Shown here in pieces: positions 38,776-49,334 of a DNA stretch of 64,000 nt. The translations under genes and the position numbers were made by a program. The stretch lies in the NCBI GenBank assembly GCA_001443005.1, contig LEKQ01000005.1, forward strand, positions 64,809 to 128,808, read 5' to 3'. A model generated the notes under the pieces. It saw nothing but the letters and a program-made list of their open reading frames with translations. It had not been told where the DNA came from and did no database searches. Every line of letters begins with the position of its first letter. Position 1 is the stretch's first letter. Source of the DNA: a bacterium GBS-1. Lineage in GTDB: Bacteria > Synergistota > GBS-1.

Positions 38776-39576
38776 ATGACGAAGGGTGTGGATATCGCTC
38801 TTTTAGAGGAGCTTTTACGTAGGGAACGTAGAATAAGTCGCCTTGTGGAACGGCAAGCGGCGCGTGAGGCAGATTTCATGTCCTTAGCTAGCGTTTTAAG
38901 TGAAGTTATAGAGGCTAACGTTTACATCTCGGATAAGGATGGCAGGATATTGGGTTATGCGCTCTTGAATAACTACGATTGCCCTGAGGTTTGGAAGGTT
39001 TTAAACGAAGGAAGGTATCCTGATGAGTATAACGAGAAGCTTTTAAGAATAATTGAGCCTATGGTTAATCAGACGCCTAAGGGGGGGAGATGTTCTTACT
39101 TCCTTGATACGGAGTGCAGATATCCTAATAAGTTCGTGAGCTTCTTTCCGGTGATCGGTGGTAGCGAAAGGTTGGGGACGCTTGTGATTGCACGCTTTGA
39201 CAACGGTCTTTCTCTGGCTGATCAGATACTAGCGGAGTACGGAGCTACCATAGTAGGGATAGAGATCTTGAGAGCTAGGAACGAGGAGATGGAGAGGATG
39301 GCGAGGGAGCAAATCACGGTTCAGTTGGCTTTAAGGACGCTATCTTACTCTGAGCTATCTGCTATGAGAAAGATATTCGAAAAGTTCAATAATAGTGAGG
39401 GAGTTGTCATCGCAAGCAAGATAGCTGGGGACATAGGGGTCACGCGTTCGGTTATAGTTAACGCTTTGAGGAAGCTCGAAAGTGCTGGTATAATAGAGAC
39501 GAGGTCTCTCGGCATGAAGGGAACCTACATCCGAGTTTTAACACCACTATTTTTGAAGGAACTTAAGGTTAAATAG
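38776..39576 (+). CDS. codY: GTP-sensing transcriptional pleiotropic repressor CodY
   Basis: GAF-like N-terminal domain and the C-terminal HTH ASKIAGDIGVTRSVIVNALRKLESAGIIE. Confidence 0.95.
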   Translation: MTKGVDIALLEELLRRERRISRLVERQAAREADFMSLASVLSEVIEANVYISDKDGRILGYALLNNYDCPEVWKVLNEGRYPDEYNEKLLRIIEPMVNQTPKGGRCSYFLDTECRYPNKFVSFFPVIGGSERLGTLVIARFDNGLSLADQILAEYGATIVGIEILRARNEEMERMAREQITVQLALRTLSYSELSAMRKIFEKFNNSEGVVIASKIAGDIGVTRSVIVNALRKLESAGIIETRSLGMKGTYIRVLTPLFLKELKVK

Positions 39577-39580
39577 CTAA

Positions 39581-39627
39581 AGGTGCACCATCTCCATAGC
39601 GAAAATAGAAGGGGAGGTGGTGCTCCT
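39581..39627 (+). promoter_or_regulatory. hairpin sequestering the flgB Shine-Dalgarno (AGGTGCACCATCTCC ... GGAGGTGGTGCTCCT)
   Basis: 14 of 15 positions are complementary. The right arm contains GGAGGTGG and ends at the flgB TTG start. Confidence 0.35.
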
Positions 39628-40037
39628 TGCTCTTCGATAGGACTACGAAGGTTCTTGAGAAAACTCTTGGTGCTCTCTCTTTGAGGCAGAGGGTTATAGC
39701 TGATAACATCGCTAACGTTAATACTCCTGATTACAAAAGAAGAGAGGTTACCTTTGAGGAGGAGCTTAAGACAGCTCTTTCTCACGAACCAAGGAGGATA
39801 AAGGGATATCTGACTCATCCCAAACATATACCTATACCTCAGCCAGAGATCACGCTGGACAAGGTTAGTCCGGAGGTATGGGAAAGAGATGATATTTACT
39901 TCAGAAACGATAAAAACGGTGTGGACATAGATGTGGAGCTTGCGGAGCTGAACAAAAACGTTATGAAGTATACGGCAGTTACTAGGGCTTTAGGTCGAAA
40001 GTTCGCTATACTTGATGTTGTAGTGGGAAGGAGGTAG
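39627..40037 (+). CDS. flgB: flagellar basal-body rod protein FlgB
   Basis: ADNIANVNTPDYKRREV rod-protein N-terminal motif. Confidence 0.9.
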   Translation: MLFDRTTKVLEKTLGALSLRQRVIADNIANVNTPDYKRREVTFEEELKTALSHEPRRIKGYLTHPKHIPIPQPEITLDKVSPEVWERDDIYFRNDKNGVDIDVELAELNKNVMKYTAVTRALGRKFAILDVVVGRR

Positions 40038-40045
40038 GGTGAGCG

Positions 40046-40504
40046 ATGAACCTATTTAAGACCATAGATGTGAGCGCTTCTGCGCTTACGGCTCATAGGT
40101 TATGGCTCGATGTAATAGCTGACAACTTGGCTAATGTTAACACAACGAGGACTCCTGAAGGCGGTCCTTATAAGAGGAAGATGGTAATATTTGAATCGCG
40201 TGAAAGGGTCTTTCCTCTTAGCTTTGGCTTTCGATTCCCTCCTTCACCTAAGAGAATCTCGGACTTCAGGGGAGAAGGGGTTAGAGTGAAGGAGATAGTT
40301 GAGGATGAGACACCCCCACGCTTGGTTTACGATCCCTACCATCCAGATGCAAATAAGGATGGGTATGTGGCTTATCCCAACGTGAACGTGGTTCGGGAGA
40401 TGGTCGATATGATAGCAGCAAGCAGGGCTTACGAAGCCAATCTTATGGCCATAAATACTACGAGAAGCATGTTCATGAGTGCCCTCGAGGTGATGAGGGG
40501 GTGA
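40046..40504 (+). CDS. flgC: flagellar basal-body rod protein FlgC
   Basis: ADNLANVNTTRT... and the C-terminal ANLMAINTTRSMFMSALEV. Confidence 0.95.
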   Translation: MNLFKTIDVSASALTAHRLWLDVIADNLANVNTTRTPEGGPYKRKMVIFESRERVFPLSFGFRFPPSPKRISDFRGEGVRVKEIVEDETPPRLVYDPYHPDANKDGYVAYPNVNVVREMVDMIAASRAYEANLMAINTTRSMFMSALEVMRG

Positions 40505-40510
40505 TTTTAT

Positions 40511-40819
40511 TTGGTAGGAAAGATTATCCTCTCTCTCGACAGGCTTAATCTACCTAAGCCTAAGGTTGAGGAGAAGATAACCAAGGAAGAGGAAAAGGTT
40601 GAAAGTGGATTTTTAAAGCTTCTTAAGGATGGATTAAAAAAGGTAAATGATTTGGAGAAGGAGGCGGATAATCTATCTCAGAAGCTCGCTACGGGGGAGA
40701 TAGATGACGTCCATGAGGTAGCTATAGCCGTTAGAAAAGCTGAGCTTGCCGTTAGATTGCTTACGGAGATAAGGAACAGGTTAATTGATGCCTACGATAG
40801 GTTGTCGAGGTTAACTTAG
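40511..40819 (+). CDS. fliE: flagellar hook-basal body complex protein FliE
   Basis: About 100 aa, located between flgC and fliF. The C-terminal helix pattern matches. Confidence 0.85.
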   Translation: MVGKIILSLDRLNLPKPKVEEKITKEEEKVESGFLKLLKDGLKKVNDLEKEADNLSQKLATGEIDDVHEVAIAVRKAELAVRLLTEIRNRLIDAYDRLSRLT

Positions 40820-40823
40820 GGTC

Positions 40824-42389
40824 ATGTTTGATAAAATCAGAGGTTATGTTAATGCCTTGTTGTCTCGATGGAAGGAGCTCTCTAAACCCCAAAGGATCGT
40901 TTTAGTTGGGGCTGGAGTGGCTCTGTTGTTTTCTTTTCTCCTTTTATTGATCTGGGCGAGGGCTCCTCAATTTGTTCCCCTTTTCACAAATCTGGATCCC
41001 AAGGATGCCTCTGCTATAGTTGATCAGCTTGAGAAGATGAAGGTTCCTCATCAGATAGCAGATGAGGGTAAAACCATACTGGTGCCCATGGATAAGGTTT
41101 ATAACCTCAGGATACAGCTTGCGGGTATGGGTTTACCCACTCAGGGTGTAGTAGGCTTCGAGGTCTTTGAAAAGCCGAAGTTCGGTTTGACCACCTTTCA
41201 GGAGCAGATAACCTACCTCAGGGCTCTTGAGGGTGAGCTCACGCGGACGATAATGAATCTCGAGGCGATCGAGCTAGCTAAGGTTAACATAGTTCTTCCC
41301 CAGCCTCGCCTTTATGTGGAGGAGCAAAAGGCTACTACTGCTTCTGTTCTCGTTAAGTTAAAGCCTGGAGCTAAGCTTTCACAAGGGCAGGTTAAGGCTA
41401 TAGTTCACTTGGTCTCCCACAGCGTTGAGGGACTTTCTCCGGATGATGTGGTTGTGGTTGATACTCAGGGTAACATCTTAAGTGAGATGCTTCGTGAGGA
41501 GTATATAATAAGGGAGACCGAGAAGGTCTCAACGCTTCAGAAGGAGATAGAGAGCCTATACGAGAGGGAGCTTGAGGGAAAGCTCAAGGCCATGCTGGAG
41601 AAGGTCTTTGGCCCTGGCAGGGCGGTTGCCAAGGTGAAGGTTGAGATAGATTTAAGTAAGAGGGAAGTGAAGAAGGAGATCTTTAAGCCGGTGGTTGGAA
41701 ATAGTGGTATAGTTAGAAGCGAACAGAATATAGAAGAGCAGTATAGGGGGACCGTTGCTCCTCCAGCGGGAGTTCCAGGAACTCAAACTAACATTCCTGG
41801 ATATCAGGTGCCCCAGAAAAAGGGCGAGGAGATAGCTTACTCTAAGACCGAAAACATAAGGAACTATGAGCTGAGTAAGGAGGAGGAGCGGGAGGTGGTT
41901 GCTCCAGGAAAGATAAGAAGGATGACCGTTTCCGTCGTCGTGGATGCTAAACTCGATCCAACTCAGCTTCAGGATCTCAAGAACGCCGTAGCTGCCGCTG
42001 TGGGGTATGACCCCAATAGGGGAGATGAGATCGTGGTTCAGAGCATGGAGTTCAACGTAGCTTATCTTAGGGAGCTTGAGGAAGAGCTAAGGGCAAAAGA
42101 ACGCTTCCGCTTGATGATAACCTTGGGGGTTATAGGTGCGCTCCTAGGTTCAGCGGTGGGTTACTTCATCTGGAGAAGGTGGAGGAAGAAGAAGCTTGAG
42201 GAGGAGGCTAAGCTTGCTGCTGAGGCTCCCCCTGCCGAGAAGAGGCCTACCCTTGAGGAGATGCTGGCTCACCCTGAGCTATTTTTGGAGGAGGAGAGGG
42301 TGATTGAGATAGAAGATTTAAGGGGTTTTGCGGTAAGGCACCCTGAGGAGGTAGCAAAGGTTATAAAATCCTGGATTTATGAGGAGTAG
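40824..42389 (+). CDS. fliF: flagellar MS-ring protein FliF
   Basis: 521 aa with an N-terminal TM, YscJ/FliF domain and C-terminal TM. Confidence 0.95.
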   Translation: MFDKIRGYVNALLSRWKELSKPQRIVLVGAGVALLFSFLLLLIWARAPQFVPLFTNLDPKDASAIVDQLEKMKVPHQIADEGKTILVPMDKVYNLRIQLAGMGLPTQGVVGFEVFEKPKFGLTTFQEQITYLRALEGELTRTIMNLEAIELAKVNIVLPQPRLYVEEQKATTASVLVKLKPGAKLSQGQVKAIVHLVSHSVEGLSPDDVVVVDTQGNILSEMLREEYIIRETEKVSTLQKEIESLYERELEGKLKAMLEKVFGPGRAVAKVKVEIDLSKREVKKEIFKPVVGNSGIVRSEQNIEEQYRGTVAPPAGVPGTQTNIPGYQVPQKKGEEIAYSKTENIRNYELSKEEEREVVAPGKIRRMTVSVVVDAKLDPTQLQDLKNAVAAAVGYDPNRGDEIVVQSMEFNVAYLRELEEELRAKERFRLMITLGVIGALLGSAVGYFIWRRWRKKKLEEEAKLAAEAPPAEKRPTLEEMLAHPELFLEEERVIEIEDLRGFAVRHPEEVAKVIKSWIYEE

Positions 42390-42401
42390 TGAAGGTGACC
42401 T

Positions 42402-43421
42402 TTGGTGGCTAAGAAGAGGAAGGAGGGTTTTAGCGGTAGGGAAAAAGCTGCCATACTGTTAGTTATATTGGGCCCCGAGATATCAGCTCAGGTCTTCAAA
42501 CACCTTGAGGAGGAGGAAGTGGAGCAGTTAACTCTCGAGATAGCAAACCTTCCGACCATCCCCCCGGAGGTTAAAAACGAGGTCATTCATGAATTTCAGC
42601 ATCTTTTGGTTGCCCAGGAGTTCATGGCTAAGGGAGGGGTTAATTACGCTAAGGAGCTTTTGGAGAAGGCCTTTGGCCCTGAGAAGGCTAAGGAGATATT
42701 AAGCAAGCTTACCGCTCAGCTTCAGGTTAGGCCTTTCGAGTTCGTAAGGAAGACGGACCCTATGCAGCTCCTCTCAGTAATTCAGGGAGAGCACCCCCAA
42801 ACTATAGCTTTGATATTAGCCTATCTTCCTCCTGATCAAGCTGCTTCGGTCTTATCTGGGCTGCCACCTGAGATTCAGGTTGATGTCGCTAGGCGATTAG
42901 CTACCATGGACAGGACCTCCCCAGATGTTATAAGAGAGGTGGAAAGGGTTCTGGAGCGTAAGCTTTCAGCCTTCGTAAGTCAAGACTTCACCATGGTTGG
43001 AGGTATAGAGGCTCTCGTTGAGATCCTTAATAGGTCTGATCGCGGAACAGAGAAGAACATCATAGAGGCTCTTGAGGAGCAGGACCCTGAGTTGGCGGAG
43101 GAGGTCAAGAAGAGGCTCTTCGTCTTTGAGGATGTTATTCACCTTGACGATAGAGCTATTCAGAGAGTGCTAAGGGAGGTTGACATGAAGGATTTGGCCT
43201 TGGCCTTAAAGGGAGCCAGTGAGGAGGTTAGAGAGAAGTTCTTTAAGAACATGTCTAAGAGGGCTGCTCAGATGCTTAAGGAGGATATGGAGTACATGGG
43301 GCCGGTTAGGGTTAGAGATGTAGAGGATGCGCAACAGAGGATAGTTAATATCATAAGGCAGCTTGAGGAAGCCGGCGAGATAATAATAGCGAGGGGCGGG
43401 GAGGAAGAGCTGATTGTTTAA
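42402..43421 (+). CDS. fliG: flagellar motor switch protein FliG
   Basis: 339 aa. FliG middle and C-terminal domains, including the MFxF-like region. Confidence 0.95.
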   Translation: MVAKKRKEGFSGREKAAILLVILGPEISAQVFKHLEEEEVEQLTLEIANLPTIPPEVKNEVIHEFQHLLVAQEFMAKGGVNYAKELLEKAFGPEKAKEILSKLTAQLQVRPFEFVRKTDPMQLLSVIQGEHPQTIALILAYLPPDQAASVLSGLPPEIQVDVARRLATMDRTSPDVIREVERVLERKLSAFVSQDFTMVGGIEALVEILNRSDRGTEKNIIEALEEQDPELAEEVKKRLFVFEDVIHLDDRAIQRVLREVDMKDLALALKGASEEVREKFFKNMSKRAAQMLKEDMEYMGPVRVRDVEDAQQRIVNIIRQLEEAGEIIIARGGEEELIV

Positions 43422-44295
43422 AGGAAATCTCATTAAGTACGTTAGGCTTCTGGACACACCTTTCCTTGTGGGTGAAGAGGAGAACGGTAGGAACTCGTCT
43501 TTGGAGGAAAAGCTTGAAGAAGAGCATAACGTCTTTAATGAGGATAAAGATAGGGTAGAAGAGGAACTCTTGGCTAAGAGAGAGGAGCTGAAAGAGGAGA
43601 TAAAGGAGTTAGAGAAAAGGATAAGAGAGCTTTCCTCTCAGGCTGAGGATATCATTAAGAGGGCTCATAAAGAGGCTGAGGAGATAAAGAGGAAGGCCGA
43701 TGAGGAAGCTAAGAGGGCATCCGAGAAGATAATCAGAGAGGCTAAGGGAGAGGCTGACTCCATAAGGGAGAAGGCCTTTAATGATGGTTTTAAGAAGGGG
43801 TACGATGAGGGTTATAGGGAGGGGATTAAGGAAGGGCGCAAGGAGTATGATGATCTCATTGCACTTTTAAGGTCGGTTATAGAGGGAATCAAGTCCTCTA
43901 AAGATAAGTTGCTTGAGGAGATAGAGCCTGAAGTTATAGAGATAATAAAGATAGTCTTGAGGAAGCTTCTTTTAAAAGAGGTTGAGGTTGATAGGGATTT
44001 AGTCATTAGGGTTATAAAGGCTGCAGTGAAGAAGCTTGAGGAGAGGGCGAAGATAGTCGTGAGGGTTAACCCTGACGACCTCCCTAAGGTTGTAGAGCGA
44101 AGAGAGGAGCTTTTCAGTTCGATCGAGGGCTTAAAGGAGCTAGATATCATCGAGGATTCCCGCGTAGAAAGGGGTGGGTGCGTCGTTGAGGGCGGCTTAG
44201 GCGTGGTGGATGCGCGCATAGAAAGACAGATTGAGGAGATCGAAAGATTCATAGATAGGCTTCTTAAGGAGGGTAGGGGAGAGAGCCTTGCTTAG
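43414..44295 (+). CDS. fliH: flagellar assembly protein FliH
   Basis: E/K-rich coiled-coil protein located between fliG and fliI. Confidence 0.8.
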   Translation: MFKGNLIKYVRLLDTPFLVGEEENGRNSSLEEKLEEEHNVFNEDKDRVEEELLAKREELKEEIKELEKRIRELSSQAEDIIKRAHKEAEEIKRKADEEAKRASEKIIREAKGEADSIREKAFNDGFKKGYDEGYREGIKEGRKEYDDLIALLRSVIEGIKSSKDKLLEEIEPEVIEIIKIVLRKLLLKEVEVDRDLVIRVIKAAVKKLEERAKIVVRVNPDDLPKVVERREELFSSIEGLKELDIIEDSRVERGGCVVEGGLGVVDARIERQIEEIERFIDRLLKEGRGESLA

Positions 44296-45589
44296 CAGGT
44301 ATATCTATAGGCTTAAAGACTTCGATCCCATGAAGATCAACGGTAAAGTGGTGAAGGTTGTGGGGTTGGTGATAGAGTCTAAGGGGCCGGAGGCCTCGAT
44401 CGGGGAAGTGTGTGAGGTTCGCCTTAGGGATGGTAGAAGCGTAAGAGCTGAGGTAGTTGGCTTTAAGGAGGATAGGGTGTTGCTTATGCCCTTGGGTAGT
44501 ATGGACCATATCGCTCCAGGGTGTGAGGTTATAGCCAGAGGAGAGAGACTGAGGGTTAGGGTTGGGGAGTCGCTCTTGGGTCGTATCTTAAACGCCTTTG
44601 GGGAACCTATAGACGGTAAGGGGCCAATAGATTGGGAGGATGAATACCCACTGGATAGAAAACCCCCTTCTCCGCTTAACAGGAACAGGATAAAGGACCC
44701 TATATCAGTTGGAGTTAGGGCTATCGATGGCCTTCTAACTTGTGGTAAAGGGCAAAGGATGGGGATCTTCGCGGGAAGCGGCATCGGTAAGAGCGTTTTG
44801 CTAGGCATGATCGCTCGAAACACCTCTGCAGCGGTTAGCGTGATAGGTCTGATCGGTGAGAGAGGTAGAGAGGTAAGGGAGTTCATAGAGAGAGATTTGG
44901 GGGAAGATGGGCTTAGAAGATCTGTGGTAGTAGTTGCTACATCTGATGAGCCTGCGCTTATAAGGCTTAAGGCTGCCTTCACCGCTACGGCTATCGCGGA
45001 GTATTTCAGAGATAAGGGGCTTGATGTTATATTGATGATGGATTCCATAACGCGCTTCGCTATGGCTCAGCGGGAGGTAGGTTTAACGGTGGGAGAGCCC
45101 CCTGCGACGCGTGGATACACTCCTTCAGTCTTTTCCCTTCTTCCTCGTTTACTTGAGAGGGCGGGAAACTCGGAGCTAGGTTCGATAACCGCCTTTTACA
45201 CCATACTCGTTGAAGGGGATGATATGAATGAACCCATCGCTGATACTGTTAGGAGCATACTCGATGGGCACATAGTTCTTTCAAGAAAGTTAGCCTCTAA
45301 GAATCACTACCCAGCTATAGATGTATTAAGAAGCATAAGTAGGTTGATGATAGAGATAGTTCCTGAGGAGCATTATCGTGCGGCGACGAGGTTGAGAGAG
45401 CTTCTGGCTGCCTATGAGGAAGCTCAGGACTTGATCAATATAGGGGCTTATGTTAAGGGAACCAATAAGGTGATAGATGAAGCCTTAAGTAAGCTTGAGG
45501 AGATAAGGGCTTTTTTAACTCAGGGGATAAGGGAAAAGTCTACCTTGGAGGAAGCCCGAGAGTGGCTTATTAGGAACTTTGGAGGTTAA
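44288..45589 (+). CDS. fliI: flagellum-specific ATP synthase FliI
   Basis: Walker A GSGIGKS. F1/T3SS ATPase family. Confidence 0.95.
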   Translation: MLSRYIYRLKDFDPMKINGKVVKVVGLVIESKGPEASIGEVCEVRLRDGRSVRAEVVGFKEDRVLLMPLGSMDHIAPGCEVIARGERLRVRVGESLLGRILNAFGEPIDGKGPIDWEDEYPLDRKPPSPLNRNRIKDPISVGVRAIDGLLTCGKGQRMGIFAGSGIGKSVLLGMIARNTSAAVSVIGLIGERGREVREFIERDLGEDGLRRSVVVVATSDEPALIRLKAAFTATAIAEYFRDKGLDVILMMDSITRFAMAQREVGLTVGEPPATRGYTPSVFSLLPRLLERAGNSELGSITAFYTILVEGDDMNEPIADTVRSILDGHIVLSRKLASKNHYPAIDVLRSISRLMIEIVPEEHYRAATRLRELLAAYEEAQDLINIGAYVKGTNKVIDEALSKLEEIRAFLTQGIREKSTLEEAREWLIRNFGG

Positions 45590-45591
45590 AG

Positions 45592-46044
45592 ATGGCCTTC
45601 AGGTTTAGATTTGAGAAGATACTTGAACTTAAGAGACGGATTGAAGATGCTCTTAAAAGCGAGCTTGCCCTTTTAACCGCGTCTAAGGAAGAGCTTATAG
45701 TGGAGAGGGATAGACTGCTGGGGGAGCTTGAGTCTTTAAGGGGAGAGCTTTCTGAAGAGCAGAGCAAAGGGTTAAAAGGTGGTGAGCTTAGGCTTTACCT
45801 TTACTTGATCAACTCTTTGACATCGCTGATAGAGAGAAAGGAAAGAGAGATAAGGGAGATAGAAAAAAGGATAGAGGAAAAAAGAAGCGAGCTTTTAAAG
45901 GCCTCGAAGGAGAGGAGAAAGTTTGAGAGGCTTAAGGAGAGGGACTTTGAAAGCTTTATTCTTGAGGAGCTTTATAGGGAGAGGGTTATATTGGATGAGA
46001 TCGGTCAGAACCTGTTTTTAAGGAGGGAAGAGAGTGGCTCTTGA
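45592..46044 (+). CDS. fliJ: flagellar export chaperone FliJ
   Basis: 150-aa coiled coil immediately after fliI. Confidence 0.75.
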   Translation: MAFRFRFEKILELKRRIEDALKSELALLTASKEELIVERDRLLGELESLRGELSEEQSKGLKGGELRLYLYLINSLTSLIERKEREIREIEKRIEEKRSELLKASKERRKFERLKERDFESFILEELYRERVILDEIGQNLFLRREESGS

Positions 46045-46654
46045 GGGGCTTAAGAAGGTCCTTAAGAGAATAGAAGAAATAAGGAGGGGGTTTAGCGAGC
46101 TTTCTCGAACGCCTCTTAGCGAGCGTAAGGATGTAGGGTCAAACTTCAAGGAGCTTTACCTTAAGGAGTTGAGTAGGTCTTCATCTAAAGAGGAGCCTGG
46201 GGAAAGCCCTCCCTCAAGTTCCCCTCGGAGGGGGGGAGTCGCTTCGGTTCTTCCTCGCTCTCAGCCCTCGATTAAAGATGTGGTTAATAGAGCTAGCAGG
46301 ACCTATGGAGTGGATCCAGACCTTATAATGGCGATCATGGAGGTTGAATCAAACTTCAATCCCAGGGTCGTTTCTCCCAAGGGAGCTATGGGCTTAATGC
46401 AGCTCATGCCGAGTACGGCACGGGAGCTTGGTGTTCTTGACCCCTTCGATATAGAGGAGAATATAATGGGAGGGGTAAAGTACTTGAGATATTTAACCGA
46501 AAGATATAGTGGAAACCTTGAATTAGCGTTAGCTGCTTACAATGCTGGGCCTAACGCCGTGGATAGGTATGGCGGGATACCTCCATACAAGGAGACGCAA
46601 GACTACATTAAGAAGGTCCTTTCCATTTATAGAGAACGGAAGAGTGAAAAATGA
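46034..46654 (+). CDS. lytic transglycosylase (SLT-domain) protein inside the flagellar operon
   Basis: SLT motifs [11 protein letters not shown] and [10 protein letters not shown]. Confidence 0.8.
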   Translation: MALEGLKKVLKRIEEIRRGFSELSRTPLSERKDVGSNFKELYLKELSRSSSKEEPGESPPSSSPRRGGVASVLPRSQPSIKDVVNRASRTYGVDPDLIMAIMEVESNFNPRVVSPKGAMGLMQLMPSTARELGVLDPFDIEENIMGGVKYLRYLTERYSGNLELALAAYNAGPNAVDRYGGIPPYKETQDYIKKVLSIYRERKSEK

Positions 46655-47262
46655 AAAAACTCCTGTTGATCTTATTTTTAGGCTTCTTTGCTCTCTTGGG
46701 GACATCTATAGGCCTTCACTTTGCGAGGGTTATTGACGTTAAGAAAGTATATATAACTAACATTTACCCTTACGCTAAGAGTTTGCCTTATGTCGGCAAA
46801 TATGTGGAGAAGTTCACTTCGGAGTTAAGGGTGCGCTTTACGCCCATTGAGAGGAGAAGGATGGAACTTGAGGTCTGGGCTAGAAGGTTGAGAGAGCTTG
46901 AGGAGAAGCTTAAGAAGGAGGTATCTAAGAAGGAGGCGGAGCTTGAGGCCAAAATCAGGGAGATAGAGGTAGAGAAAGCCAAGCTTGAGGAGGAGAGAAG
47001 GAGGTTAGCTGAGCTGACGGCAAAGGTCTCTCAGGAGCTTTCTGCTAAAAGAGTATCAGAGGAAGAGGCCAAGAGGTTAGCCTCTTACTACGCGGCTATG
47101 AGGCCCTCTGATGCAGCTGCTATAATAAGCAACCTTGATGATGAGTTAGCGATAGCCATACTGAGGAATCTGGATCAAGAAAGGGCAGCGAAGATACTCT
47201 CTTCGTTGGAACCCAGTAAGGCGGCTCAACTCCTGTCGAAAATGGGGAGGGAGAAAAGGTGA
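46651..47262 (+). CDS. flagellar protein with MgtE_N-like domain (YlxF/FlbB-like)
   Basis: Single N-terminal TM and a C-terminal [41 protein letters not shown] (MgtE intracellular N-domain-like). It sits just before fliK. Confidence 0.65.
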   Translation: MKKLLLILFLGFFALLGTSIGLHFARVIDVKKVYITNIYPYAKSLPYVGKYVEKFTSELRVRFTPIERRRMELEVWARRLRELEEKLKKEVSKKEAELEAKIREIEVEKAKLEEERRRLAELTAKVSQELSAKRVSEEEAKRLASYYAAMRPSDAAAIISNLDDELAIAILRNLDQERAAKILSSLEPSKAAQLLSKMGREKR

Positions 47263-48821
47263 AGCTTAAGACTTCTTTCTTCAATATGCTTCTAAGGATG
47301 GGAGCTAAGGCCGAGGTCAAGGAGGGTTGCCGCAGTAAGGTAGTTAAAAGAGCCAGATCTTCTAGTGAGCGTTTTTCAAGTGAGCTTAAGAAAGCTCAAG
47401 AGAAGGCTAAGCTCGGAGAGTTATGGGTATCTTCCCCTAACCTTTCCTTGTTTAACGCATCAGTTATCGTTCCTCAAAGAGTCGAGAGGGTGGATAATTT
47501 ATGTAAGGCTACTGATTTACCTAAAGAAAATCTTTCCCCCAAAATCAGTGGAGGTCAAAGTTTTGAAAAGTTAGACGTTGAGGGCAAGAAACTCCCTTTA
47601 AGGGAAAGAGCTTCTTTAGGTGAGGGTAAGGGAGATATTAATGGAGCGAAGATTGAGAAAGGTCCTCCCTTGGAGGTTAGGAGTATCTCAAAAGGTGAAG
47701 CTTTCCCTCTTGATGGTCCTGGGGGCAACAATTCAAGGTTGAAGTTTAATCATTCTGAGGCTTCTAAGAAGTTTGTTCAAGGAGAGGTCGTTACTGAGAT
47801 GAGGGAAGTTGGTGATTTTAGCGAATCTCAGGAAAAGCCAAAGGTTGGAGAGTGGAAAAGCGAGCTTTCTCTAAGCGATCAACCCAAGCCATCTCCTTCC
47901 ATAGCGAAGGTAAAGGAGGAAGGAGCGAAAAGCATTGCATTGGATGACGGTGGGAAGCTAAATCTTTTTCGGAAGCTTGAGAGGGTCAAGGGTACACTCC
48001 TATCCTATGGTTCTGAGATTCAGGAGAGGATCTTAGAGACTCCCAGGGAAGCTGGAAGGGGTGAAGGTAAACTTCCTCCCTCGCTTAAAGATTTATCTCA
48101 TGGTTCTGAGATTTGGGAGGATAGGTCGAAGCAAAGGCTTGATCAAGATCCTAAGCTTTCCTTTGATTTAAGGAAAGACGTACCTAATTTGGTGGGTCGG
48201 GAGTATAGGATTCAGGAGGATATCCAAGTTAAACCTGAGTTTGAAGGTGACCTTTCCCTTAAAGTGGAGAAGTTGTTTGAGCTTCCTCAAGGAGATGGTA
48301 ATGGTAGCAGCCTTGTCGGCGATGGGGGTGGAGAAGATTTTGACCAGTCTCTCACCTTCGAGTTTAAAGGAGCTTTGGAGGAGGGATCTCTTTCTGAGTT
48401 CCCAAAGCTTAGCGATACCTTTGGCGATTTCCTTAAGAAGTTTGAGCTTAACCTAAAGGATGGCAAGAGGGAAGCTGTGGTGGAGCTTTATCCTCCAGAG
48501 CTTGGTAAGGTGAAATTTGAGATAGAGGTTCAGGGGGATAAGATCACCGCTCGCTTCTGGCTTCCTTCGCAGGAGGTTAAGAGCCTCTTTGAGAACAATC
48601 TTCAGCAGCTTCAATCTCTCTTCAGAAGTCAAGGCTACCTCTTTGAGGCCGATTTCTTCCTGGGAGGGGAGCTCAATCATAGAGGCGGGGGGTATAGTGA
48701 GCCGGGCTCAAGCGAAGCCGCTAAAGAGATTAACTCGTTGGTCAACGCTCCCGAATCGGAGACTTCCCAGTTTTTAGGAGTAAGAGGGGTCATGGAGGAC
48801 GGACTTGACATCTTAGCTTAA
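47259..48821 (+). CDS. fliK: flagellar hook-length control protein FliK
   Basis: Long low-complexity N-terminus and a C-terminal Flg_hook domain (VVELYPPELGKVKFEIEVQGDKITARFW). Confidence 0.85.
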   Translation: MKLKTSFFNMLLRMGAKAEVKEGCRSKVVKRARSSSERFSSELKKAQEKAKLGELWVSSPNLSLFNASVIVPQRVERVDNLCKATDLPKENLSPKISGGQSFEKLDVEGKKLPLRERASLGEGKGDINGAKIEKGPPLEVRSISKGEAFPLDGPGGNNSRLKFNHSEASKKFVQGEVVTEMREVGDFSESQEKPKVGEWKSELSLSDQPKPSPSIAKVKEEGAKSIALDDGGKLNLFRKLERVKGTLLSYGSEIQERILETPREAGRGEGKLPPSLKDLSHGSEIWEDRSKQRLDQDPKLSFDLRKDVPNLVGREYRIQEDIQVKPEFEGDLSLKVEKLFELPQGDGNGSSLVGDGGGEDFDQSLTFEFKGALEEGSLSEFPKLSDTFGDFLKKFELNLKDGKREAVVELYPPELGKVKFEIEVQGDKITARFWLPSQEVKSLFENNLQQLQSLFRSQGYLFEADFFLGGELNHRGGGYSEPGSSEAAKEINSLVNAPESETSQFLGVRGVMEDGLDILA

Positions 48822-48836
48822 GGGGGTGATGGTGAG

Positions 48837-49265
48837 ATGTTTGGTTCCTTAAGCAGTATAGGTTCTCAATATCTTTACTCTAATTCAAGTTCAGGTAGTT
48901 CTCGTAAATCTGGAGCCGAGTTAGATAAGGATGCCTTCTTGAGGTTGCTCGTAACCCAGCTTCGCTATCAGGATCCCCTTTCTCCCATGGAGAATACGGA
49001 GTTTGTGAGTCAGATGGCTCAGTTCAGCACCCTTGAGCAGGTAACCAATATGGCTAGAAGCTTGGAGAGCTTTTTGGTCAACTTTTCCTGGACGCAGTTT
49101 GTGAGTCTGATCGGGAAGAGCGTTAAGTTCACGGATTCGGAAACGGGTAAAATTGTGGAGGGCAAAGTTACGGGCATCAAGCCCGCGAGCGATGGCATAG
49201 TTCTCATTATAGATAACGGTAAGTATGAGGTTCCCTTAAATAGCATTGAAGAGATCAAATCTTAA
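48837..49265 (+). CDS. flgD: flagellar hook assembly/capping protein FlgD
   Basis: DKDAFLRLLVTQLRYQDPLSPMENTEFVSQMAQFSTLEQ. Confidence 0.9.
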   Translation: MFGSLSSIGSQYLYSNSSSGSSRKSGAELDKDAFLRLLVTQLRYQDPLSPMENTEFVSQMAQFSTLEQVTNMARSLESFLVNFSWTQFVSLIGKSVKFTDSETGKIVEGKVTGIKPASDGIVLIIDNGKYEVPLNSIEEIKS

Positions 49266-49334
49266 GCTTAATTCATGGATGGGAAACCTTGGCGAAGGAG
49301 CGCCTCTTAAGCTTAAAAAGGAGGCGTTTTCCAG

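Noticed and set aside
44305-45048. 247-aa ORF antisense to fliI
   Set aside because: It lies completely inside the well-supported fliI gene on the opposite strand. The low-complexity Ser/Leu/Pro-rich translation is typical of antisense frames of GA-rich coding sequence.
47990-48130. Internal direct repeat in fliK (tggttctgagatt twice; peptide LSYGSEIQE / LSHGSEIWE)
   Set aside because: It is a short intragenic duplication within the naturally variable, low-complexity FliK ruler region. It is not a mobile or CRISPR-like repeat.
49266-49334. Weak hairpin plus TTTT between flgD and flgE
   Set aside because: The stem is only 6 bp with a mismatch. At best it is a weak attenuator and is not strong enough to call.
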